From: a virus
DNA: 64,000 bases
Reading direction: 5' to 3' (one strand)
IMG/VR virus record: IMGVR_UViG_3300027777_000023
Span: 125,603-189,602 of that record
A model generated the notes under the pieces. That model worked only from the letters and a program-made list of their open reading frames with translations, was not told where the DNA came from and made no database searches. Numbering within the stretch: position 1 is the stretch's first letter; every line of letters begins with the position of its first letter. A program made the translations under genes and the position numbers. This document shows positions 1 to 11,033 of this stretch, piece after piece.

Positions 1-2
1 CC

Positions 3-1847
<1,845 letters not shown>

Positions 1848-1868
1848 TAGTTAAAAAAAAGAAACCTT

Positions 1869-1899
1869 GGGAGGGAGTATCGGTTTGGTACTCCCTCCC
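1869..1899. terminator. Intrinsic terminator-like hairpin
   Basis: GGGAGGGAGTA-N9-TACTCCCTCCC is a perfect 11-bp stem just after the fibre stop codon, with an A-tract on the left. Confidence 0.7.
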
Positions 1900-1960
1900 T
1901 ATTCAAATTAATGAGACCGAAAAATCTTTGTTCGATCGGTTCAATTATTTAAAATAATTG

Positions 1961-1989
1961 TTGATTAGGGTGAGTCTAGTATACATACT
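1961..1989 (+). promoter_or_regulatory. sigma70-like promoter
   Basis: TTGATT-N17-CATACT; the ATG at 1998 is 9 nt downstream. Confidence 0.45.
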
Positions 1990-1997
1990 AATTGGAT

Positions 1998-3143
1998 ATG
2001 AAGAATATCCACTGTTTAGCAGTACCCCATACCATAACTAATTCAGATTACGTAGCTTGCGCTTTTACACAAAAGGTAAAAAAGTTTCTCACCATGTTCA
2101 AAGACAGTAGTGAGTACCGCACCATTCACTATGGTCACAAAGACTCTGATACTGATGCTCACGAGCAGGTAGACATCACCGACAATCAAACGCTCATTGA
2201 CGCGTACGGCGACTATAACTGGCGCTCACAGCAATTCAAGCATTCAAGAGACGATGTAGCTCACAAGACTTTCAATGCAAAGGCACCTATTGAGATAGCT
2301 AAAAGAAAGAAGCGTGGGGATCTTGTACTAGCCTTTTGGGGCGGTACGCAAGAAGCATGTCACACAGCTAACGCAAATAACGATCTTATTGTTGTAGAAC
2401 CCGGCATTGGTTCTGGGTATGCATTTGCGCAATTCAGGTGCTATGAAAGCTATCCTCTCAAGAGCGCATTCATTGGAGCTAGCGGCGTGTCCTACTGCCA
2501 GCCAAAGTGGTACTGGAGAATTGTGCCAAACTATTTTGATCTACGAGATTTTGAATCTCAACCTAAACGTGAAGATTATGCATTGTATATTGGCAGAATT
2601 GGTACCAATAAAGGATTGGATATTGCCATCGACGCTACACGTCGTCTAGGTATTAAGCTCAAGGTATGCGGGCAGGGAAGTCCTAAGGGTGTAGGACTAG
2701 AAGCCTGGCCAGAACATGTAGAGTTTCTTGGATATGCTGATGTAGCTCTTCGTAAAAAGCTCATGGGTGAAGCAAAGTTTGGTTTTCTTCTTAGCACTTA
2801 TTGGGAACCATTTGGCGGTACTGCTGTAGAAATGATGCTCAGCGGCTGTGTCCCTGTGTGCACAGATGCTGGAGCAATGACTGAATATATCGTTGACGGT
2901 GTGAACGGATTCCGTTGCAATACTATGGGAGACATTCTCAGGGCTTGTCGTCTTGTGGATACTATCGATCGAGCTAAGATGATTAAATTTGCACAGACGA
3001 ACTTCTCCTTAGCTGGAGTAAAGCCTAAGTTTGAGAAAGCATTCACAGACTTTAATAACGTATTTCATGCTAAAGGTTGGTATGAAGATCACAATTTGCC
3101 TCTCACAGGCTGCGGGCTAGACTATAAAGATTTGTACATCTAG
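1998..3143 (+). CDS. GT-B fold glycosyltransferase (GT4-like)
   Basis: YALYIGRIGTNKGLDIAI and the E-x7-E motif WEPFGGTAVEMMLSGCVPV. The start is moved to the ATG at 1998. Confidence 0.88.
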   Translation: MKNIHCLAVPHTITNSDYVACAFTQKVKKFLTMFKDSSEYRTIHYGHKDSDTDAHEQVDITDNQTLIDAYGDYNWRSQQFKHSRDDVAHKTFNAKAPIEIAKRKKRGDLVLAFWGGTQEACHTANANNDLIVVEPGIGSGYAFAQFRCYESYPLKSAFIGASGVSYCQPKWYWRIVPNYFDLRDFESQPKREDYALYIGRIGTNKGLDIAIDATRRLGIKLKVCGQGSPKGVGLEAWPEHVEFLGYADVALRKKLMGEAKFGFLLSTYWEPFGGTAVEMMLSGCVPVCTDAGAMTEYIVDGVNGFRCNTMGDILRACRLVDTIDRAKMIKFAQTNFSLAGVKPKFEKAFTDFNNVFHAKGWYEDHNLPLTGCGLDYKDLYI

Positions 3144-3170
3144 ACTAGCTAAACCAGTTAAATAAAATTA

Positions 3171-3195
3171 AGGGTCCCTTCGGGGACTCTTTTTT
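3171..3195 (+). terminator. Intrinsic terminator
   Basis: GGGTCCC-TTCG-GGGACTC followed by a T-tract (cUUCGg tetraloop). Confidence 0.85.
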
Positions 3196-3200
3196 ATGTC

Positions 3201-3229
3201 TTGAGTAGCGAATCTATAAATGCTACTAT
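3201..3229 (+). promoter_or_regulatory. sigma70-like promoter
   Basis: TTGAGT-N17-TACTAT immediately after the terminator. Confidence 0.55.
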
Positions 3230-3256
3230 TTATTGATATCTAGAAACTACAGCTTT

Positions 3257-3679
3257 ATGAACAGAGAAAACACACGGTCAGGACTTGCAGCAGATATCGG
3301 AGCAGCCGCTTCGTATAGCAATCAATACTACTACGGCACAGATACCGGAGTGTACTACTACTCTGACGGGACGAGTTGGACGATTAAAACTTTTAATGTG
3401 GCAAATAGTGTCTACAACCGCGCAGGAACAATCACCGCAGGCAATACTGCTCAATTGCTTACGGCAGCAGCCACAAAGAGAAAATGGCTGTTCTTTCAAA
3501 ATCTTGCTACTGATGCGGACATGTACCTTGGAATAGGTTACGTACCCACTACAAGCAATGGTATGTTTATAGCTAGGAGTGGTGGTAATATTCGTTTTGA
3601 GGTTTACGTGCCTACCGACGCTATCTATGTTCTTTGTGCCACTACCGGTAAAGCCTTTGTATGCCTAGAAGGCTTCTAA
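3257..3679 (+). CDS. Small beta-rich protein, probably virion structural
   Basis: T/A/G/Y-rich composition; C-terminal ...WLFFQNLATDADMYLGIG... segment of a kind seen in phage structural proteins. ATG at 3257. Confidence 0.45.
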   Translation: MNRENTRSGLAADIGAAASYSNQYYYGTDTGVYYYSDGTSWTIKTFNVANSVYNRAGTITAGNTAQLLTAAATKRKWLFFQNLATDADMYLGIGYVPTTSNGMFIARSGGNIRFEVYVPTDAIYVLCATTGKAFVCLEGF

Positions 3680-3680
3680 T

Positions 3681-3956
3681 ATGTTACTACCCAGCCATAT
3701 AATTAAGCTGGCAAAGTCTCTAGAACTCAAACAGCTTTTAGAGGCTAAAAAAAGGTCAGATAAGAACGACTATAGCGGTAAGAATGAGATATTGAGTGCG
3801 CTGCTCAAAAGGCGCCCAGATCAGTTCAGAGTAGACCAACTACTCAACGATAAGTACGTGGGCATCACGCACAAGCCTTCAGGATTTAAGATACATACAG
3901 CCAGATCGTTGATTCCTACAGGGATCGAGCATAATTATACAAAGACCAAGACCTAG
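3681..3956 (+). CDS. Hypothetical protein with an N-terminal K-x-A motif
   Basis: Clean 91-aa ORF coupled to the upstream stop (TAATATG); begins MLLPSHIIKLAKS. Confidence 0.6.
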   Translation: MLLPSHIIKLAKSLELKQLLEAKKRSDKNDYSGKNEILSALLKRRPDQFRVDQLLNDKYVGITHKPSGFKIHTARSLIPTGIEHNYTKTKT

Positions 3957-3976
3957 TAAACTATCTGCTGATATTG

Positions 3977-3992
3977 TGGTATAATATATTGA
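3977..3992 (+). promoter_or_regulatory. Extended -10 promoter TGGTATAAT
   Basis: TGGTATAATATATTGA, identical to 7569-7584. Confidence 0.55.
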
Positions 3993-4023
3993 GTCTCTTA
4001 TAACCAAGAGACAAAATTTAAAT

Positions 4024-4452
4024 ATGCGATCACTAATACCTAAAAATATTGAGGCAGGTTTTGTTAAAAGTTCGTCTCAGCAAGAGCGAGTACGTGTGGT
4101 GCTACCATACAAAGGTCAATACTTATTAGAGCGTCTGACCAATCCTAATTGGCCAAAAAACATCGGTAAGATGCGTCATATAGGCGGAGGTATTGAGTCT
4201 GGTGAAACACCACAAGAAGCGGCGTCTAGGGAGATGTACGAGGAGCTGGGTGTGCAGATCAATCCAGACCACTTTGTGGCTCTAGGTAAACACGACGGGC
4301 ATCACTATCTAGAGTTGAAGAACCACAATCTTCACCCAGGACAGTTCAATGCTACGGTCGGGTCAGATCCAATTATTACGCTAGAAAAGCAGCATCCATC
4401 AGGCTCCAAATATATGGGGCCTAGTCTGCATCAACTATATAACGGGCGCTAG
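4024..4452 (+). CDS. NUDIX hydrolase
   Basis: Complete Nudix box GGGIESGETPQEAASREMYEELGV. Confidence 0.9.
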   Translation: MRSLIPKNIEAGFVKSSSQQERVRVVLPYKGQYLLERLTNPNWPKNIGKMRHIGGGIESGETPQEAASREMYEELGVQINPDHFVALGKHDGHHYLELKNHNLHPGQFNATVGSDPIITLEKQHPSGSKYMGPSLHQLYNGR

Positions 4453-4457
4453 CCTGG

Positions 4458-4482
4458 AAAGAGGTCCAACCCCTCTTTTTTT
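4458..4482 (+). terminator. Intrinsic terminator
   Basis: AAAGAGG-N7-CCTCTTT followed by a T-tract. Confidence 0.6.
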
Positions 4483-4521
4483 AGCTACTACAAGGCGTCA
4501 AAATAGTATAGTATAGGCTAT

Positions 4522-5340
4522 ATGACGAAAGCTAAAACACCCAAAAAGCCGGACACTAGCCCTAAAGTATATCAGCGCGAAAAGATCGACTTTGATCTAC
4601 ATATTAGAAATCTTCCTTGGACACCCAAGCAAGAAGCTTTGTTTGAGCTAGGCGTACGCAAAGACGCTAGGATTATTTTCCTCTCAGGACCTGCAGGAAG
4701 CTCAAAAACAACATGTGCAATGCGCATAGCTTTGCAGCTCCTAAACGAAAAGAAAGTGTCAGACATTGTGTGCGTTAGAGCTGCAGTAGAAAGTAGCGAC
4801 GCCAAGCTAGGCTATCTTCCTGGAGACATCACAGACAAGTATGGTCCTTACATGGGTCCGTTTGAGGATAAACTAGAAGAACTTCTTCCTGAAGCTGAAG
4901 TCAAAAAGCTAAAGGCCGACAACAGGATTGACTACAAACCTATTAACTTTGTACGTGGTGCAAGCTGGACTGCCCGATGCGTGATCCTAGACGAATGTCA
5001 AAACCTTACAATCAATGAACTGCAAACACTCATGACTCGTATAGGTAAGTTTACAAAAATGATTATCTGTGCAGATAGTAAACAGTCAGATTTGCCAAAG
5101 AGCAAACAAGGAGCTTTTGATCGGTGCAGTAAGATGTTTGATACTGATGAAGCCAGGGCTTTTGGTATTTACAGTCTACACTTTACTAACGAAGACATTG
5201 TTCGTAGTGAGCTGTGTCGATTTATTGTAGAGGCGTTTGAGACTAATCATTACCTGCTACACCCAGAGCAGCAGAAGCCTGCTCCCGTGCCCGAATCTAT
5301 ACCAATGATGACGGTTCCTTGGAGACCTGGAGAAGCCTAG
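4522..5340 (+). CDS. phoH: PhoH-family ATPase
   Basis: Walker A variant GPAGSSKT; RAAVES...LGYLPGD; FVRGASW; ILDECQN; CADSKQSDL. Confidence 0.92.
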   Translation: MTKAKTPKKPDTSPKVYQREKIDFDLHIRNLPWTPKQEALFELGVRKDARIIFLSGPAGSSKTTCAMRIALQLLNEKKVSDIVCVRAAVESSDAKLGYLPGDITDKYGPYMGPFEDKLEELLPEAEVKKLKADNRIDYKPINFVRGASWTARCVILDECQNLTINELQTLMTRIGKFTKMIICADSKQSDLPKSKQGAFDRCSKMFDTDEARAFGIYSLHFTNEDIVRSELCRFIVEAFETNHYLLHPEQQKPAPVPESIPMMTVPWRPGEA

Positions 5341-5341
5341 T

Positions 5342-5896
5342 ATGAAATGCAAGGTATTGTCTATATACTCTGCAATTTTATTGGTGCTTGCTGAGAAAGT
5401 TTTGGCTGGCGACAATAAAGAATCTCAGCTGATTCGAAGAGCCTATCTAGATATACTAGGTGTTCTTCCCACAGCTGAAGAGCTCGCCTGGTATTGCGAG
5501 TACAATACAGACGGATACAGAGTAGCTGTAGACTGGCTGGTAAAGAGATCCTCAGCAGACAATAAGACAAGAAGGTTTTTGCTATCTGCTGAGTACAGAA
5601 ACAAGCCACTAGAAGATATCAAAATAGCAGACCTAGAGAAGAACATATTCTATCTCTCTGGGCTTGAGTATCGCGAAGGTGCAATTGAATTAAAGCAGGC
5701 TAAGCAGAAGTTTATAGAGCTAGCTAAAAAGGAAGCAGATGCTGACCTGGATATTATAGACTATATGTGTAACCAGCTAATGAGTAGGGTTACTGGTGTA
5801 GACGAGGCTAATATGCTGCTAGGAGTACTAAGAAAGAATGGCTGGGACGACACCCTAGAGGCCATCCTAGACCTCTATGACGTTAAACATAAGTAA
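5342..5896 (+). CDS. Secreted protein with a DUF1549/DUF1553 (planctomycete-type) helical motif
   Basis: N-terminal signal-like peptide; LIRRAYLDILGVLPTAEE resembles the LIRRxxLDLTGLPPTxEE signature. Confidence 0.6.
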   Translation: MKCKVLSIYSAILLVLAEKVLAGDNKESQLIRRAYLDILGVLPTAEELAWYCEYNTDGYRVAVDWLVKRSSADNKTRRFLLSAEYRNKPLEDIKIADLEKNIFYLSGLEYREGAIELKQAKQKFIELAKKEADADLDIIDYMCNQLMSRVTGVDEANMLLGVLRKNGWDDTLEAILDLYDVKHK

Positions 5897-5900
5897 TGAC

Positions 5901-6884
5901 TTAGTTGGTAATTATTGAATTATTGGATCCGGTGCGTTTACCTCGTGCAGGCTTTTGAGCCCCTTGCTCAACTTGTTCAGCAGTCTCCTGTTCAACCTCA
6001 GCCACCTCAACAGACTTAACTGGTTCTTCCGCAATCTCAATCTTTTCTTCCGAGGGTGCCGCTGGCAACTGCTCTCTAGGAGCTTCAACACGCTCGAGAA
6101 TATCTTTTATATAGCCGATGTCATTTGACCTTTTCTTGTCTGCCTGAATCTCTAGTAACCTATTTAAGGCGAGTATCAGTGTAACTGCCAGCGGGTCAAA
6201 TACAGCAATAAGCGCAAATATAAAATACTGCACAGCCGTGTCCAGATCTGTGTGCAGTGCATTAGCAATAAACTTAAACGAACCTATATCTGTTGACTTA
6301 TTGGTTTCCATTTTTAATGAGAGCAGCTCCTCGTCAAGAACAGACAATAATTCTTTTGCTTGTTTGATCTCTGTTTCTTTTCTAGCCAGCTCTTCGTTAG
6401 CCTCAGCGATTGCTTTATAGGCTTGATCTCTTGGGGCCTTATAGTTGCCCGAGTCTTTAATTCGCTGCTCCTGGGCTGTACGAATCTCGTTAAGCGATTT
6501 AATTCTGTTTGTGTCCAACTCTATCGTTTCCAAGGCAGACTTTCTGTTGTTTTGATTTAGCTCTATCTTAGCGTCGATAGAGCCCATGATTCCTGCGTGT
6601 CGCTGATACGCATTACTAAGAAACCCAAAGATTCCTAGACTGGTAATGCCCATGAGGATCACTACAGCAGTGCATAGATATAACCTTAGTAATCTACTGA
6701 TGCTTTTCCAGTGGTTGTGTAGAAAAGAAGCGGCTACGAGTTTTCCTAGCTCCAGTGAGCTTGCCATGATTCCCACAGCGATGGTGCTTCCAGAAAACAG
6801 TACAGTGAGTCCTTTAATGCTGAAAAAGGCAGAGCAGCCAGCCACAAACAGTGCGGTAAATGTGGTAAGTACTATGAAGAACAT
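5901..6884 (-). CDS. Membrane-anchored coiled-coil protein
   Basis: Three N-terminal hydrophobic helices, a long coiled coil, a further TM segment (YFIFALIAVFDPLAVTLILA) and an acidic tail. Confidence 0.75.
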   Translation of the reverse strand: MFFIVLTTFTALFVAGCSAFFSIKGLTVLFSGSTIAVGIMASSLELGKLVAASFLHNHWKSISRLLRLYLCTAVVILMGITSLGIFGFLSNAYQRHAGIMGSIDAKIELNQNNRKSALETIELDTNRIKSLNEIRTAQEQRIKDSGNYKAPRDQAYKAIAEANEELARKETEIKQAKELLSVLDEELLSLKMETNKSTDIGSFKFIANALHTDLDTAVQYFIFALIAVFDPLAVTLILALNRLLEIQADKKRSNDIGYIKDILERVEAPREQLPAAPSEEKIEIAEEPVKSVEVAEVEQETAEQVEQGAQKPARGKRTGSNNSIITN

Positions 6885-6910
6885 ATGTTCTAATTATAGT
6901 TGATAGCTAA

Positions 6911-6949
6911 AAAGAAACCAGCCCATAATCACAAGGACTATGGGCTGGT
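6911..6949 (-). terminator. Intrinsic terminator (minus strand)
   Basis: ACCAGCCCATA-N11-TATGGGCTGGT stem, with a left A-tract that is the U-tract on the minus strand. Confidence 0.7.
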
Positions 6950-6970
6950 ACAACTCACAATTATCTAAAA

Positions 6971-7480
6971 TTATACGGCGGCCGGATCGATGAACTCTAC
7001 GATCAACGCGCTCACAGGTACTGGACCATTATCGCAAGAGTAGTTAAGTCTGTAATTTCCTGTTACTTCTTGGCCAGCGATAATTAATCGTGGTTTGATG
7101 GTTGCACTGCCAGGAACAAACGCTACGTTGCTTGCAAGCTTGAGTGCAGGGGGGGCTGCAGATTCGATATCCTTGACCAGGCGACTAACGGCGTCAGCGT
7201 ATTTTCTAGAGGTTGGGCAGCTTTTGCGGGACTGCACACATTTCTCTGCTTTATCCGAATACTCGTCCGCGTGTTCGTTATACCAGAAAGCAAATGCCAG
7301 CTGATCTTCGACATCTTGATTATTGATGCACACCTTTTGGTTCATGCATTGTTTTGCTGTGTTGACCTGTTCATCTGCAGCATCAGCAAGCCACTGTTTT
7401 GCTTCTTCAACAGTCATATTGATTTCAGCTAAAGCTTTGGCTAGACGTTGTTTATTTTTGAGTTGGATATATTTGCTCAT
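6971..7480 (-). CDS. Hypothetical protein
   Basis: 169-aa ORF with an A/C-rich leader and an upstream TTGCAG-N16-TAATCT promoter-like site. Confidence 0.7.
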   Translation of the reverse strand: MSKYIQLKNKQRLAKALAEINMTVEEAKQWLADAADEQVNTAKQCMNQKVCINNQDVEDQLAFAFWYNEHADEYSDKAEKCVQSRKSCPTSRKYADAVSRLVKDIESAAPPALKLASNVAFVPGSATIKPRLIIAGQEVTGNYRLNYSCDNGPVPVSALIVEFIDPAAV

Positions 7481-7568
7481 AGTTTGTTGTTGGTTGTTTA
7501 ATCAGATTACCAATTATTTTAACCTCTGCAAGCACTTTTTAACACTCTGCGATATTTTGTTTGTTTTT

Positions 7569-7584
7569 TGGTATAATATATTGA
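7569..7584 (+). promoter_or_regulatory. Extended -10 promoter TGGTATAAT
   Basis: Identical 16-mer to 3977-3992. The ATG of a 10-codon mini-ORF (7584-7616) lies 7 nt after the -10. Confidence 0.55.
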
Positions 7585-7636
7585 TGAGCAACAACTACCT
7601 GTTGAACATCTTTTAACCCTAGCAGAAAAACCAAAA

Positions 7637-7798
7637 ATGCGTACAATCGGAACACCGAAACCAAAAATCAACCTAGACACCTATGAGGCGAATCGTAGAA
7701 TACCTAGCGCCAGAGATTTAGAGTTGCTATTTATGAAGGTAGACAGGTCGCGCCCAGCGATCACAGTGAAAAGAAAGCAGGAGGAGGTAAAGAAATGA
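7637..7798 (+). CDS. Small basic hypothetical protein (53 aa, not in the ORF track)
   Basis: MRTIGTPKPKINLDTYEANRR...EEVKK*; ATGA overlap with the next gene. Confidence 0.55.
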   Translation: MRTIGTPKPKINLDTYEANRRIPSARDLELLFMKVDRSRPAITVKRKQEEVKK

Positions 7799-8298
7799 GA
7801 ATCCCGCTGAACAAAAAAAAGAAGGCTCAGATCCTTACAGAGTTCGAGCTCTGTAAGGAAACCAGCGTTCCTGGTTGGCAGCCGGATGAAGGTATAATGC
7901 CGTACCTGAACAGAGTGAATACCAAGCCAAGATTGTGCACACTCATTAGTAGGTTTGCCCCTGCCGATGAGTGTCATTGTGGCTGCGTAAATACAAGCTA
8001 TCTCTCGGTGGCTTGCGGTAAAAAGGCTTATGACAAGCTTCAGCAGCTTGTCCCCCTAGGAAGATGGGATAAGATGGTGTACGATGGCGATGATCCGCTG
8101 TATCAATACTACACGGTCTTTGGACTTGGTGGTGAGCCTGAGCAGTCCACAGGTGCCCCCAAGACCGGATTACAAATCATCGACGATGTAGAGACATATA
8201 CGTCGGTGGATAGAGTGTGGTTTTGGTGCCTTTCTCAGGATATGGCGATACACCGCACTTGGTGGGAAGAACTTACCGAGATGCTTGAAAACCTATGA
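7795..8298 (+). CDS. Hypothetical protein
   Basis: 167-aa ORF, ATGA-coupled at both ends, GGAGG upstream. Confidence 0.65.
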   Translation: MRIPLNKKKKAQILTEFELCKETSVPGWQPDEGIMPYLNRVNTKPRLCTLISRFAPADECHCGCVNTSYLSVACGKKAYDKLQQLVPLGRWDKMVYDGDDPLYQYYTVFGLGGEPEQSTGAPKTGLQIIDDVETYTSVDRVWFWCLSQDMAIHRTWWEELTEMLENL

Positions 8299-8624
8299 AG
8301 ATGGGCTATATCTTAGGGGAAGGACCGCCAGGCACAGAAGCTACAAAACATATCTTAGCCATGCAGTATGATTCCCTTGTGGGAGGGACGCTTGGCGGCT
8401 ATGAGGATATGTATGACCTCTTGAGTGCAATGATCAGCGGTGAGCACCCGCTTGCTGATATGCTCAAAGAGTACAAAGTTGATGTCTTCGTCTTGCCTGA
8501 ATACCATGAAGATTTGGTAGGTAGGCTGCTGCTCAGGAATGAGCCTTCCGATATTGCAGTATATGTCGTGGAGGAAGATGATGACGTAAAGCTGTGGGGT
8601 TATTATCACTCCACGGATAACTAA
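8295..8624 (+). CDS. Hypothetical acidic protein
   Basis: 109-aa ORF, ATGA overlap, followed by a terminator. Confidence 0.65.
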   Translation: MKMGYILGEGPPGTEATKHILAMQYDSLVGGTLGGYEDMYDLLSAMISGEHPLADMLKEYKVDVFVLPEYHEDLVGRLLLRNEPSDIAVYVVEEDDDVKLWGYYHSTDN

Positions 8625-8631
8625 AACAAAC

Positions 8632-8660
8632 GAGCCCCACCTTTATTATAGGGTGGGGCT
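8632..8660. terminator. Bidirectional terminator between convergent genes
   Basis: GAGCCCCACCT-N7-AGGTGGGGCTC perfect stem. Confidence 0.8.
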
Positions 8661-8686
8661 CAGAGTTCTTTTTTAGCTATCAGCCG

Positions 8687-10336
8687 CTACGCCTGACAAC
8701 TAGAGCAGTTCATTATATTCCTGGCAAGCTCTTGCGCAGGGTTAGCACTACGTTGATAATACAATGACTTTACACCCTGCTCCCATGCAAACACCATAAG
8801 CTCATTAACGTCTTTAGGTTTGGTGTTAGGAGGAATCATGATGTTGAGGCTCTGACTCTGGTCAATATACTTTTGTCGTTGAGCGGCCTGAATAACAATT
8901 TCTTTCTGACTAATCTCTCCAAAGGTCTTGAATACATCTTTCTCTTCTTGCGATAGAAAGTCTAGGTGCTGCACGCTGCCACCCTTAACAAGAATGCTCT
9001 TCCAAGTATCCGCGTCGTCTTTACCTTTAGCTTTCAATAATTCTTTAAGATGATCGTTCTTGTACGTAAATTTGCCTTTAGCGAGATCCTTAACATAATA
9101 GCAACTGTTATGTGGCTCAATGCTTGGGGACACCTGACCAAGAATAAACGAACTGCTGGTAGTAGGCGCTACAGCAAGTGTAGTGCTATTGCGGCGTCCA
9201 TAACCCTTTAGTAGTTCAGGCTCTCCAAACAGCCCTGCAAGCTCACTAGTAGCCATGTCTGCACGTCCTCGGATAGCTTGCCAGATCTCAACATTGAGGA
9301 ACTTAGCTTCCATGCTCTCGAATGAGATCATCTTGGACTGAAGTAAAGAATGCCAGCCGAGCACACCCACACCTAATGCTCGTTGATTCATTGCGAACTT
9401 ACGAGGAGCATCCATATACTTCATGCTCTCAGCCTTGTTGATAAACTCAGTCATTACAGCATCGAGGAAGAACACAAGAGTTTCAACAGCGTCAGTGTCT
9501 TTCCACTCGTCCCACTTCTCGAGATTTAAAGAAGATAGATTACATACGAACGATTCATCTTCATTGTTTGAGAGTAAAATTTCACTGCAGAGGTTGCTAT
9601 GTAAGATCTTCATGCCCTTATCTTTATACACTTGAGGAGCGTTGTTGTTCACAGTATCGCTGAACACAACGTATGGGTAGCCACTTTCAAAACGCTTTTT
9701 GATGATGTCTCCCCAGATCTTGCGTTTAGGTTTATCTCCACCAAGCATGCTCTTGAACCATTCATCAGATACGGTTACACCGATAGACAAATCTTGGATA
9801 GAGTTGCCTTCTGATTTGATTTTAAGGAACTCTTCAATGTCCGGATGCTCGACAGGTAGATAGGCTGCAAAACTACCTCTGCGCACGTTACCCTGGCTTA
9901 CCACGCTCATAAGAGTATCAAACAACTCCATGAAATGTACAGGCCCAGTACTTTCACCACCTGCGCTAATAGCTGCCCCTCTAGCGCGAATATCTCCAAA
10001 GTAAGCAGACGTACCACCACCATGCTTCGTCATAATAGCTACCTCACTAACCTTCTCCATAATACTGTCCATATCGTCTGCTAAATAAGAGCCGAAGCAG
10101 CTGATGGGCAATCCACGATCACGTCCAAAGTTACTCCAGATAGGAGAGCTCAAGGAATAAAATCCTAGAGACATATAGTTCTCAAACTTGTCTGCGAACC
10201 CTGCAATACCTAACAACTTCTCTGCTGTATCTGCAATCTCCCTGATTCGTCCTTCTGCTGTCTCACCACTCAAAAGATAGCCTCGCTCTAGAAACTTGCG
10301 CGAGTCTTTGTTTAGCCAATAGTATTTTTCAGTCAT
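8687..10336 (-). CDS. nrdA: Class I ribonucleotide reductase alpha subunit (short form, no ATP cone)
   Basis: SLSSPIWSN, PISCF, GGGTS, SNLCSEI, VCNL, APTTSSS, LYYQRS and a C-terminal CSSC. Confidence 0.96.
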   Translation of the reverse strand: MTEKYYWLNKDSRKFLERGYLLSGETAEGRIREIADTAEKLLGIAGFADKFENYMSLGFYSLSSPIWSNFGRDRGLPISCFGSYLADDMDSIMEKVSEVAIMTKHGGGTSAYFGDIRARGAAISAGGESTGPVHFMELFDTLMSVVSQGNVRRGSFAAYLPVEHPDIEEFLKIKSEGNSIQDLSIGVTVSDEWFKSMLGGDKPKRKIWGDIIKKRFESGYPYVVFSDTVNNNAPQVYKDKGMKILHSNLCSEILLSNNEDESFVCNLSSLNLEKWDEWKDTDAVETLVFFLDAVMTEFINKAESMKYMDAPRKFAMNQRALGVGVLGWHSLLQSKMISFESMEAKFLNVEIWQAIRGRADMATSELAGLFGEPELLKGYGRRNSTTLAVAPTTSSSFILGQVSPSIEPHNSCYYVKDLAKGKFTYKNDHLKELLKAKGKDDADTWKSILVKGGSVQHLDFLSQEEKDVFKTFGEISQKEIVIQAAQRQKYIDQSQSLNIMIPPNTKPKDVNELMVFAWEQGVKSLYYQRSANPAQELARNIMNCSSCQA

Positions 10337-10349
10337 ATTAAAATAGTTA

Positions 10350-10991
10350 TTAAATTTTAGTTGCGTTTAATTTTCGTCTAACCCACGCTTGCTGCATTTT
10401 TTGTTTTGTTTCTTCGGAACGCTTTTGACCTCTCATCTTTTCTAGAGTTTCTCTAGAATGTTTTTTCCCCAGCATTCCTTCTCCGAGATTTTTCTTAGGG
10501 TTGATGATATGTGTGCGTTTTTTTCTAGTTGCGGATAATTTTGCCTTTGCTTCTTCAGACATCGGCTTTCCTGTTTGAGCCTCTCTCATTTTTTGAATTG
10601 TGTCTTTAGAGTGTTTCTTGCCCTTAAAGCCACCAGGTCTTCCTTTCTGTCCGTCAGCTATACGCTTTCTATGCTCATTTGATAGCGGTACTCCTTTATG
10701 TGCTTTTGATATTTTTTGTTTAACGTATTCAGAGTGTTTGGTGAATGGGATTTTCACACCAGACATGAATTTATAAGCGCGATAATCACCGAAATGCCCG
10801 TTTATCTTCCACAGTAAATAATGTGCTATGATATGTTCCCTCAATGTTAGATATGTACAATTATCGTTTGTATACTTACCTCCTTGATGCGCAGGTTTTA
10901 TCCTGTGTCGAAATAACTTCGCGTTATTTTTCCATTCTGTTATTAAATGGGTTCGTGACGCGACTAATTTATCATAGATTTCTTTATACAT
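10350..10991 (-). mobile_element. Free-standing HNH homing endonuclease with NUMOD3 repeats
   Basis: HRIKPAHQGGKYTNDNCTYLTLREHIIAHYLL; repeats KGKKHSKDTIQKM and LGKKHSRETLEKM. Confidence 0.88.
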
Positions 10992-11033
10992 ACGCGCATG
11001 TTCATTATTTCATACCAGGTTTTCTTATATTTC

